From Ptychomitrium polyphyllum (Eukaryota): a stretch of DNA of 64,000 nucleotides. Positions 1 to 10,290 of this stretch are shown in pieces (positions within the stretch are counted from its first letter, which is position 1; the number at the start of each line of letters is the position of its first letter). The position numbers and the translations under genes are program-made. The notes under the pieces were generated by a model. The model was given only the letters and a program-made list of their open reading frames with translations, searched no databases and was not told where the DNA came from. Location: contig OZ316775.1 of the NCBI GenBank assembly GCA_973851085.1, positions 16,802,001-16,866,000 on the forward strand. The letters run 5' to 3'.

Positions 1-330
1 GCTGTGCCTGCCCCATATAACAACAGGTAGGTCGTAGGTTGAATTAAAAAAGTGGATGGCAATGCCTCATGGATACCAAGGCAAGTGAGAGGAAAAAAAC
101 CCAAATTAGGGTGTGTTCCATGTGACCCTCAGACCAGACCCGACTTGATGTATATGAATGCATCAAGGTGATTTCGGTTTCTCTTCTTTGCCATCAATTT
201 TGTCTTTTTGTGCAATGCTGAGTCGCGAGGTCACATGACAACACACAATTACTCATACACAACAGAATCTTCACAAACTGGCAACTAAGAATTGCTCAAG
301 GAAAAGGGGTACAAAACCCGACCAACCCAC

Positions 331-645
331 CTGAGAAATCTGCTTGTTCAGCTCAACATGCAACTCCTTGAAACTGTCCTGCTCACGGCGGTTTGCATCC
401 ACCACCGCCTTGGTCTTCAACAACGGCAGCTCGAACGTGGCCAGCTCCTGAAGCAGTGACCGGTACAGCTTCTCGCCCTCGTTGTACTTGCTGTCCTCCT
501 TCTCAATCTCACCCGCGAGCGCCGTGAACTTCTTGATGAGCTTCTTCAGCGGAGGCTCCCCGCGCGTAGTGGTGGTGCGCGTCAACAAGCGCTGCCGGAT
601 CACGGCGTCATCCTCCGCCGCACTAATGGCGTAGTGCGCTGCCAT
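331..645 (-). CDS. THO7: First coding exon of a THO complex subunit 7-like (THOC7/Mft1 family) gene; the gene continues leftwards through an intron beyond the window
   Basis: Translation MAAHYAISAAEDDAVIRQRLLTRTTTTRGEPPLKKLIKKF...LATFELPLLKTKAVVDANRREQDSFKELHVELNKQISQ resembles the plant THO7 N-terminus (recognised from memory). The exon is GC-rich and ends at a CAG|GTGGGT donor (331/330). An alternative in-frame ATG lies at 660. Confidence 0.85.
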
Positions 646-697
646 GGCTTCTCCCTGCATGCCCCGCCCTGGCCTACCCCCTGCAGTGGCCCTCACG

Positions 698-791
698 AAA
701 CCCTAATCCTCTCGCCATGGAACGCAAAACCCTAAGCTCCACGCGCTTCGCCAAGGCCATGGCCACCGCCACCGCCACCGATTTAGGGTTT
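698..791. promoter_or_regulatory. Three telo-box motifs in the 5' UTR/promoter of the THO7-like gene
   Basis: AAACCCTAA at 698-706 and 727-735, TTTAGGGTTT at 782-791. Telo-boxes are known near the TSS of plant housekeeping and RNA-metabolism genes. Confidence 0.55.
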
Positions 792-1564
792 CCCCTCGCT
801 TTGCACTGCCCCGCATGCCCCGTTCACACTAGCTCCCTCGGTGCTTATTCTTTGGGGGAGAATCAGCGTTCCCGAAGTATACGTATGTTGTCCTGTTTCT
901 GATCACCAGTTGTTATTGAACTTCCTACATCCCATTTCATGTGTATGTACAAAAGAAACCTTATAGTCCTTGGCCACACTTATCTCTTTGGCTCTTTGGT
1001 TGTCTGTGTATTTACTTTTCTTTTGTCTGCAACCAATTGATGCAGAGATTGACAACAAATTGATATATGGATTGTTTAATAATCTATGTTTACTATGTTC
1101 TTGTACAAAATATGGAAAAAAATCTTATAGCCTTGTGCTCTTTGTTTATATGTTTGTCCACATTTATAATTGATTTTTACTTTTATGTTTTACTTTTTAA
1201 CCTTTTTCTTTTATTGTTGACTATTGACTTTTAACCTTTATTTTTTGTGTTTTATTTAATTTTTACTTTTCAAATTTTTGATGTTTACTGTTCATTATTT
1301 TTTCAATTATTTATATTTATTTATTTCTTTGATTTTCTACTATTTTTATTTATTATTCAATTCTTTTTATTTTTGTTGTTTATTATATATTTTTTACTTT
1401 TTTACTTTTCAAATTGTATGAAATCTAGAATAAATGCCGGCACATCAAAGATGTTATAATAGGCATACTTGTCAATTCTTAGAATTGTCCAAAATGAATC
1501 AAATAAAAGATTTTGATTTGATGACACTAAATTTTGAAAAATGGTTTAAGTTCTACTTTATATA

Positions 1565-1670
1565 TTGGTTTTGGAAAAGTTTGTTGGTTGATTTTGGATT
1601 ATTTTGGAAAATTTTGTTGGTTGGTTTTGAGGATGTTTTGAAAAAGTTTGTTGGTTGGTTTTGGATTATT
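1565..1670. repeat. Three degenerate ~33-35 bp tandem units
   Basis: Motif TTTTG(G/A)AAAA(G/T)TTTGTTGGTTG recurs near 1569, 1601 and 1636. Confidence 0.55.
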
Positions 1671-3066
1671 TACTTAAATTACATTTTTAAAATTCGATTT
1701 AAAATTATTGAAGTATTTTTTCTTTATTCATAGCTTTTTAGGCTATTTTCAACATTTGTAGAAATCTTGCATGTACATGTGATCTGGAATGTTACAAATT
1801 AAAAGATTTTTGGAAAAGTACATAAAAAATAAGTTGTTTTTTATATAAGCATAAAAAATAAGTTTATTTGTAAGCATCTACTTATGTAAAAAATAAAGTA
1901 AATGTTGTTGCATGTAAAAGGCCTAAAAAAGGCTTATAAGTACAAACACCTATGTAAATAAGCACATTCCTTGATTGTTAAATAATCAAAAAATTCATCA
2001 TATTTATTATTCAAAATACATAAGTACACACTTTTCCATTATTATTATGGATATAAATATAGTTTGTCATAATTATTGTGGATTGTACAATCTTCATATC
2101 AAACAAGATTTTTTCTAAGTTTGTATAAATCTTTAGAAAGAATAGATTTTTTTCTACTAGAAATATTTTCTTTATTATTATTATTTTCATCTATAAATTT
2201 TGCAAATTATTAACATGTCTATTAAAGCCTACTTTGCCAAACATTGCTCTAGCATTTAACTATGGTTAAAGAACTAGGTATGAGCTAAAATACCGTCTCA
2301 CTAATTGAAATAATTCCTAACTCATATGTTTTTTTTTATATTGAGGTTTGTTAAGCATTTTGTAGTATTTTTGATGGATATCTAGCCTAATTAACTTCTA
2401 GTGAGCAAATTTAACATTTGATATCTTTTGTAGCCTAACTAGAAATATATAGCGTCATTTATCTAATATAACTAAGTAACTAACAACTAATTGGTTATCA
2501 TGGTGTTTGGAATTGAGTACAAAAGTGATGTCCTAATGGGCTAGTTTTCTAATCAACACTAATGGCCATATTGCATATAAAACTATGCAACTTGGCTAAC
2601 CCTAAGTGAAATACTTAATCTTAATTATTATCTTCTATACCTAATATTACAACTAAGGTTCTCGTCACTTCTAAATTCAATCTATTTTAAGCTTGATTAA
2701 ATCTAAATTCTTCAAGCCTCTGCCGTTCCATTTGTCATTGCTTGCGGTTGGTTGTATGCCATCGTTGATTCTTTGCCAATACACTTAACTCTTTGTCCTC
2801 ACCATGGTTACTAGTCTTGCCGTAATACTGCTCCTTGTTGTGGTTACTTGTCCTTGCTGTAGTACTATCCAGCAGGGTTGCTACTTCCAATTTGTGTGCA
2901 GAATAAAGCTTTGCTAATCGTAGTGTCAAGGTTGCTATTTGAACACCCTACGGTGCCAAGGGTCAGTATTCAGGTGCTCAAAGCCACTGCTAGTCCGCTA
3001 TCGACCTTTGCTAAGCGGATTGCGGCTTAGGGTTTTGACCAGATTCCCAATTGGACATGTGCTGCC

Positions 3067-3681
3067 TGTCACGGACATAAATCATGCAATATAGTCCTTA
3101 GAACATTCTAGAACCTTCTAGTATACTATAATAGCTTCTTAGAATACTTTTAGATGTCTCCATAGCCTTTTTTATGTTTTTAGGAAGCTTCCCAGGAAAA
3201 TTCCTCCACCTTAGGAAACTTCCTAGGAAGGTTCTATCATCTTAGGTTACTTCCTAGGAAACTTCCTAGGAAGGTTCCATCACCTTAGGAAACTTCCTAG
3301 GAAGGTTCTACCTCTTCAGGAAACTTCCTAAGAAGGTTCCTCTACCTTAGGAAACTTCCAGGGAAGGTTCCAATTCCTTAGAAGCTACTTAGGAAGGTTC
3401 CAACATCTTAGAAAACTTCTTGGGAAGATTCCTTAGACTTCCAGAACATTCTTAAGCCTTGTAGGAAGCTTCTTTAGAAGTTTCATAGGAGATACAAACG
3501 TCCTAGTATAAATAGGAGGCAAGGCAAGGTATTCCTTAGTCTTGCCAACACAAGTTGTGGATCATCTTGAATCCTACCTTGTTCTAGTCTTTGTATCAAC
3601 TTCTTGTTAATCATTAGCTCTTTGGAAGCTAATTCTTGGGAAACACTTCGTTTCTGCTTCTTGTTTCTTGTGTCCCTAACA
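3067..3681 (+). repeat. G1 copy 1 5' LTR (615 bp) with an internal ~31-bp tandem array built on the TTCCTAGGAA palindrome and a TATA box at 3507-3514
   Basis: Direct repeat of 9076-9647. The two LTRs differ mainly by indels in the AGGAAACTTCCTAGGAAGGTTCC array. Confidence 0.95.
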
Positions 3682-3916
3682 GTTTGGCAAGACTACTTTT
3701 CATCTTTGTCAGAGCTAAGGTTCTTTGAAGAAGATTGTGGATTACCCATCTTCTTTAGGATTCCATAGCATTTTAGAAGTTGCGGATTACCCTCCTCTAA
3801 GCTGGCACCATAGAGTTGATTTCTCCTTCTAGAATCAAGTATTACTTCTTTCAAAGTACGTGGATTTCCTCCTTTGAAGATACTCATACTTTTTTTGTCT
3901 TTGAGAGTCTTAAGAA

Positions 3917-4927
3917 ATGGATAATGTGCCTGGAACATCAGAGAATAGGTTTGCAACTATTGCAGACTTTCAAGAAATATTAAACACAGTTCAAACGGAA
4001 CTCGCCCGTTTTAATACCACCAACAATTTGGAGCAACACACTCGGCAAGCTGAAGAATCCAATGGTGATATTCAAAGCCTATATCAAGAGGTTGTTCGAT
4101 TGCGAGAGGCCAATATTGGAAGAGAAGGTTTCTATTGAACCCACTCAGAGCCAAAGCTTAGTATGCTAGACAAGTTTGATGGATCAAGATCGAAATTGAG
4201 AGGTTTTGTTCAACAAGTAAGACTCTTCCTTAGTTTGTATCAATCTCGCTATCCTGATGGCACTACTCAAGTGGAATTTGTGGCCACTCTTTTATCAAAC
4301 AATGCACAATCATGGTTTGCACCACTAATGGAGAAGCAGTCACTATTATTGAACAACCTAGATGCTTTTATAGAAGCATTGACATCTACTTTTGGAGACA
4401 CCAACCGAAAGAGGGTGGCTGAGACAAGGATCCAGAGTCTCCAACAAGGGCAGCGCTCAGCTGCTACATATGCTGCAGAGTTTCGACAATTAGCTTGCGA
4501 CCTTGATTGGAATGATAAAGCCTTGGTCACAAGATTTCGATGGGGCTTAAGAGAGAATGTAAAGGACTTGCTACTGACAATGCCAAGAGTTGAAACATTG
4601 GACGAATTCATTACTCAGGCAATAGCATGTGACAATAGATTATTTGAGAGGCGCCAAGAACAACGCTTGGGATGGCGACCAGTACATCAAAGCATGGGTA
4701 CCACTTCTTCAAGAGTATCCAAAAGTCGACCACAAGGACCAGAACCTATGCAAATTGATGCTACCCAATTCAGACGCTTGACTCTAGAAGAAAAAGAAAG
4801 GCGTCGAAGAGAAAACCTCTGCTTGTATTGTGGCAAGTCTGGACATAAAGTGCGCGACTGCCAAATCAAAGGATCTGCTTTTAAGGCTCAAAGCACAATG
4901 GTGGAGTTGGAAAACGAGGCAGTCTAG
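3917..4927 (+). pseudogene. gag: G1 gag (retrotransposon gag domain + CCHC zinc knuckle) with an in-frame TGA at 4136-4138
   Basis: ORFs 3917-4138 and 4163-4927 are in the same frame. Motifs DKFDGSRSKLRGF, LQQGQRSAATYAAEF, EPMQID, CLYCGKSGHKVRDC. Confidence 0.9.
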
Positions 4928-4941
4928 TCACAATAGGGACC

Positions 4942-7900
4942 ATGCAATTGGACACTACAAGTAAACCACCATCAAATCAAGGTCTCTTACTACCTTCAAA
5001 CCCTACCTCTTGTTTTACATTTCTTATCAAAATTAAATTGTTAGATGATGAAATAATTAGCGAGGCTCTCTTAGACACTGGTGCAACGGCATGTTTTATG
5101 GACAAGGATTTTGCAACCAAACATCACATGGTGCTTGTGAAGAAAAAATATCCCGCACCTGTTGAAGTTATTGATGGACGATCTCTTGCGTTTGGCAACG
5201 TTATTGGAGAAACTCAACCATTGGAGGTTATTTTAGGAGACCAGGCATCTAAGATTGTCTTCAACATCATTCAATGCCAAACGAATCCCATTGTTTTGGG
5301 CCTTTCTTGGTTTGAATTATATAATCCAGACATTGACTGGCGCTCACGGAGTGTGGTCTCAAGGAAAAGACGCCAAGGTACGAGAAATCTTGGACCATTG
5401 TTTATTGGAGCTAAGGCATTTATGAAAGCGGCGAAGGATGAACCAATCTATGCCATTTATACCATGCCAATGTCTAGCTCTACATTAGAGATTAATAAAA
5501 ACATACCTCGTCAATATCAAGATTATAAAGACGTTTTTGAAAAGAAGAATGCAGACATGTTACTAAAGCACCGGCCATACAATTGTACCATTGAGTTGCA
5601 AGAAGGAGCCCAACCATCTTTTGGACCTATTTATAACTTATCACAAACTGAGTTGGCTGCCTTGAGAGAATATATTGATGAAAACCTTGGAAAAGGTTTC
5701 ATTCAACATTCTAAATCACCTGCTAGAGCACCCATTCTATTTGTAAAGAAGAAAGATGGATCATTACGTATGTGCGTGGACTATCGAGGCCTCAACAAAA
5801 TAACAAAAAAGAATCGCTATCCATTACCATTAATCTCAGGACTCCTACAACAACTTGGCCAAGCAAAGATATTCACCAAAATTGATCTTAGAGGAGCCTA
5901 CAATCTTGTACGCATCAAAGAAGGAGACGAATGGAAGACAGCTTTTCGATCTAGGTATGGTCATTTTGAATACAATGTCATGCCTTTTGGCCTTACTAAT
6001 GCTCCCGCAGTCTTTCAACATATGATGAATGATATCTTCCATGAATATCTAGATGATTTTGTAGTCATCTACTTAGATGATATTTTGATATATTCAAAGG
6101 ATGAACAAGACCACGAATGTCATGTGCAAATGGTCTTAGAAAAACTACGCCAGCGAGGATTATATGCCAAATTGGAGAAGTGCCTTTTCCATGAATCATC
6201 GGTTGAATTTTTAGGCTACATCATTTCCAAAGGAGGAATTCATATGTATAAGAAAAAAATAAGCACTGTCATAGAGTAGAGTACGCCAAAATCCATTTGA
6301 GATGTTCAAAACTTCTTGGGATTTGCAAACTTCTACAAGATATTCATCAAGAATTTTTCTAGGATTGCGGCATCATTAACACGTCTTACAAGGAAGCAAA
6401 AATTCATTTGGAATGAAGAGGTAGAAAAAACATTTCAAAGTCTTAAGAAGTCATTCACATCAGCTTTAGTTCTTATTCATCCAAATCCATCAAAGCCTTT
6501 TTATTTGGAAGCGGATGCCTCAGATTTTGCGCTTGGCTCAGTACTCTCACAATATGATGAAGACGGGAGACTTCACCCTCTTGCCTTTCGTTCAAGGAAG
6601 TTCTCAGCAGCAGAGATCAACTATGATATACATGATAAAGAACTACTTGCAATTGTGGATGCGTTTGAAGAATGGCGACACTTATTGGAAGGAGCTCAAC
6701 ATACCATCACGATATACACAGACCACAAGAACTTGGAGTATTTCATGAGTGCGCGCGTTTTGAATTGCCTTCAAGCAAGGTGGAGTATGTTGCTTTCCAG
6801 ATTTGACTTTGTCATTACCTATTGATCTGGTAGCTTGCAAGGTAAGCCAGATGCCTTATCTCAAAGATCTTATTTAGCTCCTCAACCTGGAGATGATGTT
6901 TTGAATCAACATAGGACTATTTTATTGAAGTCTGAGAATCTGCAATTGAAAGCAGCCATTATTACGACAACATCTCATTTTGACAAAATTCGAAAGGCTT
7001 TGAAGAATGACATTTTTGTTTCAAATATAAAGAAACGCCTCAAAGACAATGGAAATCCTTCAAATAGCGATGAAGATTTTGAATTCCAAGAGGGCCTACT
7101 TTATTATAAAGAACTTTTGTACATACCTCCAGGCTCATTGCGGTTGAAGATCCTTCAAGCACGTCATGATTTTCCAGCAGCAGGACATTTTGAATTTAAT
7201 AAAACAATGGAATTGATTGCTGGCTACTATTGGTGGCCACAAATGTGGAAGTACGTGAAGGACTTTATTCGATCATGCGACACTTGTGTAAGAGCCAAGG
7301 TACCAAGGCACCAACCTCATGGTCTCCTCCATCCGCTTCCAGTGTCAAGAGGCCCATGGTTATCTTTATCAATGGATTTTATCACGGACCTTCCAAATTC
7401 CGATTCTAAGGATTCGATTTTGGTAGTGGTGGATCGATTTACAAAAATGACACATTTCATTCCATGCAACAAGACGGTAACGGGAGAAAAAACTGCCAAG
7501 TTGTTCCTAAATCACATCTACCGCATACATGGACTATCAAATGATATTGTATCTGATCGGGGGCCGCAGTTCATTTCCAACTTTTGGAGGGCTCTATTCC
7601 AGCTGTTGCGTGTAAAGATCAATCTTTCTTCAGCACACCATCCACAAACTGATGGCCAAACCGAACGTGTGAATCAATTTTTGGAGCAGTACTTTTGTTG
7701 TAGCATAAACTACCAGCAAGACAATTGGATGGACCTCTTGCCTTTGGCAGAATTTGCTTACAACAATACGGTGCATTCTTCAACAACTCAAAGTCCATTC
7801 TTTGCAAACTATGGGCATTATCCTCAAACAGATCCATTTCAAGTGAAGCATGTTGGAAGTCCCGCAGCAGAGGATTTTACAGTTCAACTTGCTAAAATCC

Positions 7901-8421
7901 ATCAAGAAATTACCTTCCAGTTACAACAAGCTCAAGATTGTTACAAAACTTATGCAGATCGCCATCGGAAGGACCATCCAAAGTTCAAGGTTGGAGATAG
8001 GGTATGGCTCCTACGACGAAATATACAGACAAAAAGACCATCAAAGAAGTTGGACTATCAAAGGCTTGGATCGTTTGAAATCAGCAAACAAATAAATCCG
8101 GTTAGTTATTGCCTAAAGCTACCACCAAGCATGCAAATTCATCCAGTATTCTACGTATCGTTGTTGGAAACCTATAACAAATCATGTATATCAGAGAGAA
8201 TTGTTCCTCCGCCTCCTCCGCTGGAAATTAATAATGAAATTGAATATGAAGTAGAAGAGATCTTAGATTCACGCATCAAGAACGGACATGTGGAGTACCT
8301 TATACATTGGCAAGGATATGGCATTAATGACCGAACATGGGAACCTTCAACGAATGTAACAAATGCATTTGAGAAGGTACGCGAACTTCATCAAAGATAT
8401 CCTCAGAAACCAGATCAGTGA
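4942..8421 (+). pseudogene. pol: G1 pol (protease, RT, RNase H, integrase, chromodomain) in one frame with stops at 6277, 6298 and 6823
   Basis: LLDTGA (PR), YLDDILIYS (RT), DASDFALGSVL / YTDHKNL (RH), HHCC and SDRGPQF / QTDGQTER (INT), EYEVEEILDSR...YLIHWQGY...TWEP (chromodomain). Confidence 0.95.
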
Positions 8422-9020
8422 TGATGTGTCATCAGCAGCCGTTAGCTTCACAACGAAGTTTTTCCTTCATAGACAAGTATAAGAAGGGAAGAGAGATATC
8501 CAAACCTCCAATTGTATGCAGCATTATTTCCAAGATAGATCATTTCGAGATCCTAGCCATTATGTCAAATCTTTGTGTTATCATGGATATGCGTAAAAAG
8601 CAGTCAGCCATGCCTTCATCAACAACAGCATCTGTTGAGCCAACTCAACTTTCTCAGCACTCGGTAACGGAAGATCTAAGTCAAGATATGAGAGGGACAT
8701 CCCAACGTCGAGTACGACCTCGTGCAGAAGTATTGACTAGTCGCCCTTCACATTCCAATCTTGATTCAGATGCTCGCGCTCTAGTCATCTTGTTAGAAGT
8801 TGGAAGAGTCACTTCTGGAGGACCCGAAATCTTGTTTGGAGGATGTTTCGAAGGAGTTAATCAAGATCAGATCTTGGGATGGGACATTTCAACAACAGAA
8901 GTCTTGGCTGGTGGCCATCGGCGTTTTTTGCAAGGACCAGTTGAGCCTGTGAACAGAGAACAACGAGCAGAGTATGTTGCTTCATTCCTTCGACAAATTT
9001 TTGAATTTGTAGAAATGTGA
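8418..9020 (+). CDS. Extra ORF of unknown function between pol and PPT in G1 (true start uncertain)
   Basis: 200-codon open frame. The homologous frame in copy 2 (20210-20810) has no indels, conservative substitutions and mostly C>T-type stops. Confidence 0.5.
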   Translation: MMMCHQQPLASQRSFSFIDKYKKGREISKPPIVCSIISKIDHFEILAIMSNLCVIMDMRKKQSAMPSSTTASVEPTQLSQHSVTEDLSQDMRGTSQRRVRPRAEVLTSRPSHSNLDSDARALVILLEVGRVTSGGPEILFGGCFEGVNQDQILGWDISTTEVLAGGHRRFLQGPVEPVNREQRAEYVASFLRQIFEFVEM

Positions 9021-9075
9021 CAAGCAAGCCAAGACAACAACTCCTCATGGGACTCGTCGCTAAAAGGGGAGGTGA

Positions 9076-9647
9076 TGTCACGGACATAAATCATGCTATA
9101 TAGTTCTTAGAACATTCTAGAATCTTCTAGTATACTAGAATAGTTTCTTAGAATACTTTTAGATGTCTCCATAGCCTTTTTTATGTTTTTAGGAAGCTTC
9201 CCAGGAAAATTCCTCCACCTTAGGAAACTTCCGAAGAAGGTTCCATCATCTTAGGTTACTTCCTAGGAAGGTTCCATCACCTTAGGAAACTTCCTAGGAA
9301 GGTTCTACCTCTTCAGGAAACTTCCTAAGAAGGTTCCAATTCCTTAGAAGCTACTTAGGAAGGTTCCAACATCTTAGAAAACTTCTTGGGAAGATTCCTT
9401 AGACTTCCAGAACATTCTTAAGCCTTGTAGGAAGCTTCTTTAGAAGTTTCATAGGAGATACAAACGTCCTAGTATAAATAGGAGGCAAGGCAAGGTATTC
9501 CTTAGTCTTGCCAACACAAGTTGTGGATCATCTTGAATCCTACCTTGTTCTAGTCTTTGTATCAACTTCTTGTTAATCATTAGCTCTTTGGAAGCTAATT
9601 CTTGGGAAACACTTCGTTTCTGCTTCTTGTTTCTTGTGTCCCTAACA
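9076..9647 (+). repeat. G1 copy 1 3' LTR (572 bp)
   Basis: Direct repeat of 3067-3681, preceded by the PPT. Confidence 0.95.
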
Positions 9648-10129
9648 CCGCCTCTGTACCACAGTTGCAATTTAAACTCTTCCACGCTGCTAGTTGGAGA
9701 CTACGCTAGAACCCTGTCCGTAGCTTGACCGGTACTGTTTCCGCGCACGCTTGCTCGGGGTGAAGGGAAAAAACCAACTACAAAGTTCTATCTAATTGAA
9801 AGCTGTCCTCCTCTTCTACACCCTTACAAACACTTGCTAACTCTTACTCCACCTATTCCTTCCTAAACTGCTGCATTAACCTTAATTCTTGTTTATTTCT
9901 TTTCCACTTCTATTAAACTTACTTGCAATTCTTTCATTTCCTCAAAAACTCTTCTTCTAAGACTTTTTTTTAAGAGATTTTTTCCTCCTTTTCTACTACT
10001 AATTCAATTCTTTAAAATTCCAGTTTTCTAATTTTTGTTCCTCCAAGTCCCCTTCAAACTACTTTAACTACTCCTTAAATATCCTCCCTCTATTCTTGAA
10101 TTTCCTAACCAAATTGTAACAATAATTTT

Positions 10130-10290
10130 CCTTAAGTCTAGAATTTTTGAATATAGTTGCAGTTCTAAAATCAACAATTATTCTAAATTTTGACTGTTAT
10201 TCTAAATTTAGTTCCGGTTCTAAAATTAATTGTCCTAAATTTTGGCTATCATTCTAAATTTAGCTATGATTCAAAAATTTGCAGCAAATA
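10130..10290 (-). repeat. Degenerate ~20-bp tandem array (AGCTAAATTTAGAAT type), probably part of an old long-LTR relic
   Basis: TTCTAAATTT-type units. The reverse complement resembles the arrays at 23450-23750 and 60300-60590. Confidence 0.5.

Larger units (their letters stand above)
3067..9647 (+). mobile_element. Full-length Ty3/gypsy chromovirus G1 copy 1 (Tf1/sushi/Tcn1-like), inactivated by nonsense codons
   Basis: LTRs 3067-3681 and 9076-9647 (TGTCA...TAACA). TSD CTGCC (3062-3066) / CCGCC (9648-9652), one C>T difference. PPT AAAAGGGGAGGTGA before 9076. Domain order gag-PR-RT-RH-INT-chromodomain. Confidence 0.95.

Noticed and set aside
271..330. ORF-track extension VGWSGFVPLFLEQFLVASL of the THO7-like ORF
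   Set aside because: It follows a canonical CAG|GT donor, so it is intron read-through. The upstream GTG start at 696 is also unlikely.
717..902. 61-aa plus-strand ORF with ATATAT repeat
   Set aside because: Lies antisense over the THO7 5' UTR/promoter, derives from a (GCCACC)n repeat and has no recognisable homology.
970..1733. Phe/Leu-rich short ORFs
   Set aside because: Artefacts of T-rich low-complexity DNA.
3190..3430. Palindromic ~31-bp repeats resembling a CRISPR array
   Set aside because: Units are tandem with no unique spacers, lie inside an LTR, and there are no cas genes in this eukaryotic context.
3803..3818. TGGCACCATAGAG as a tRNA-Met-like PBS for G1
   Set aside because: It is 120 bp from the LTR end and matches poorly; the LTR-adjacent self-complementary site fits better.
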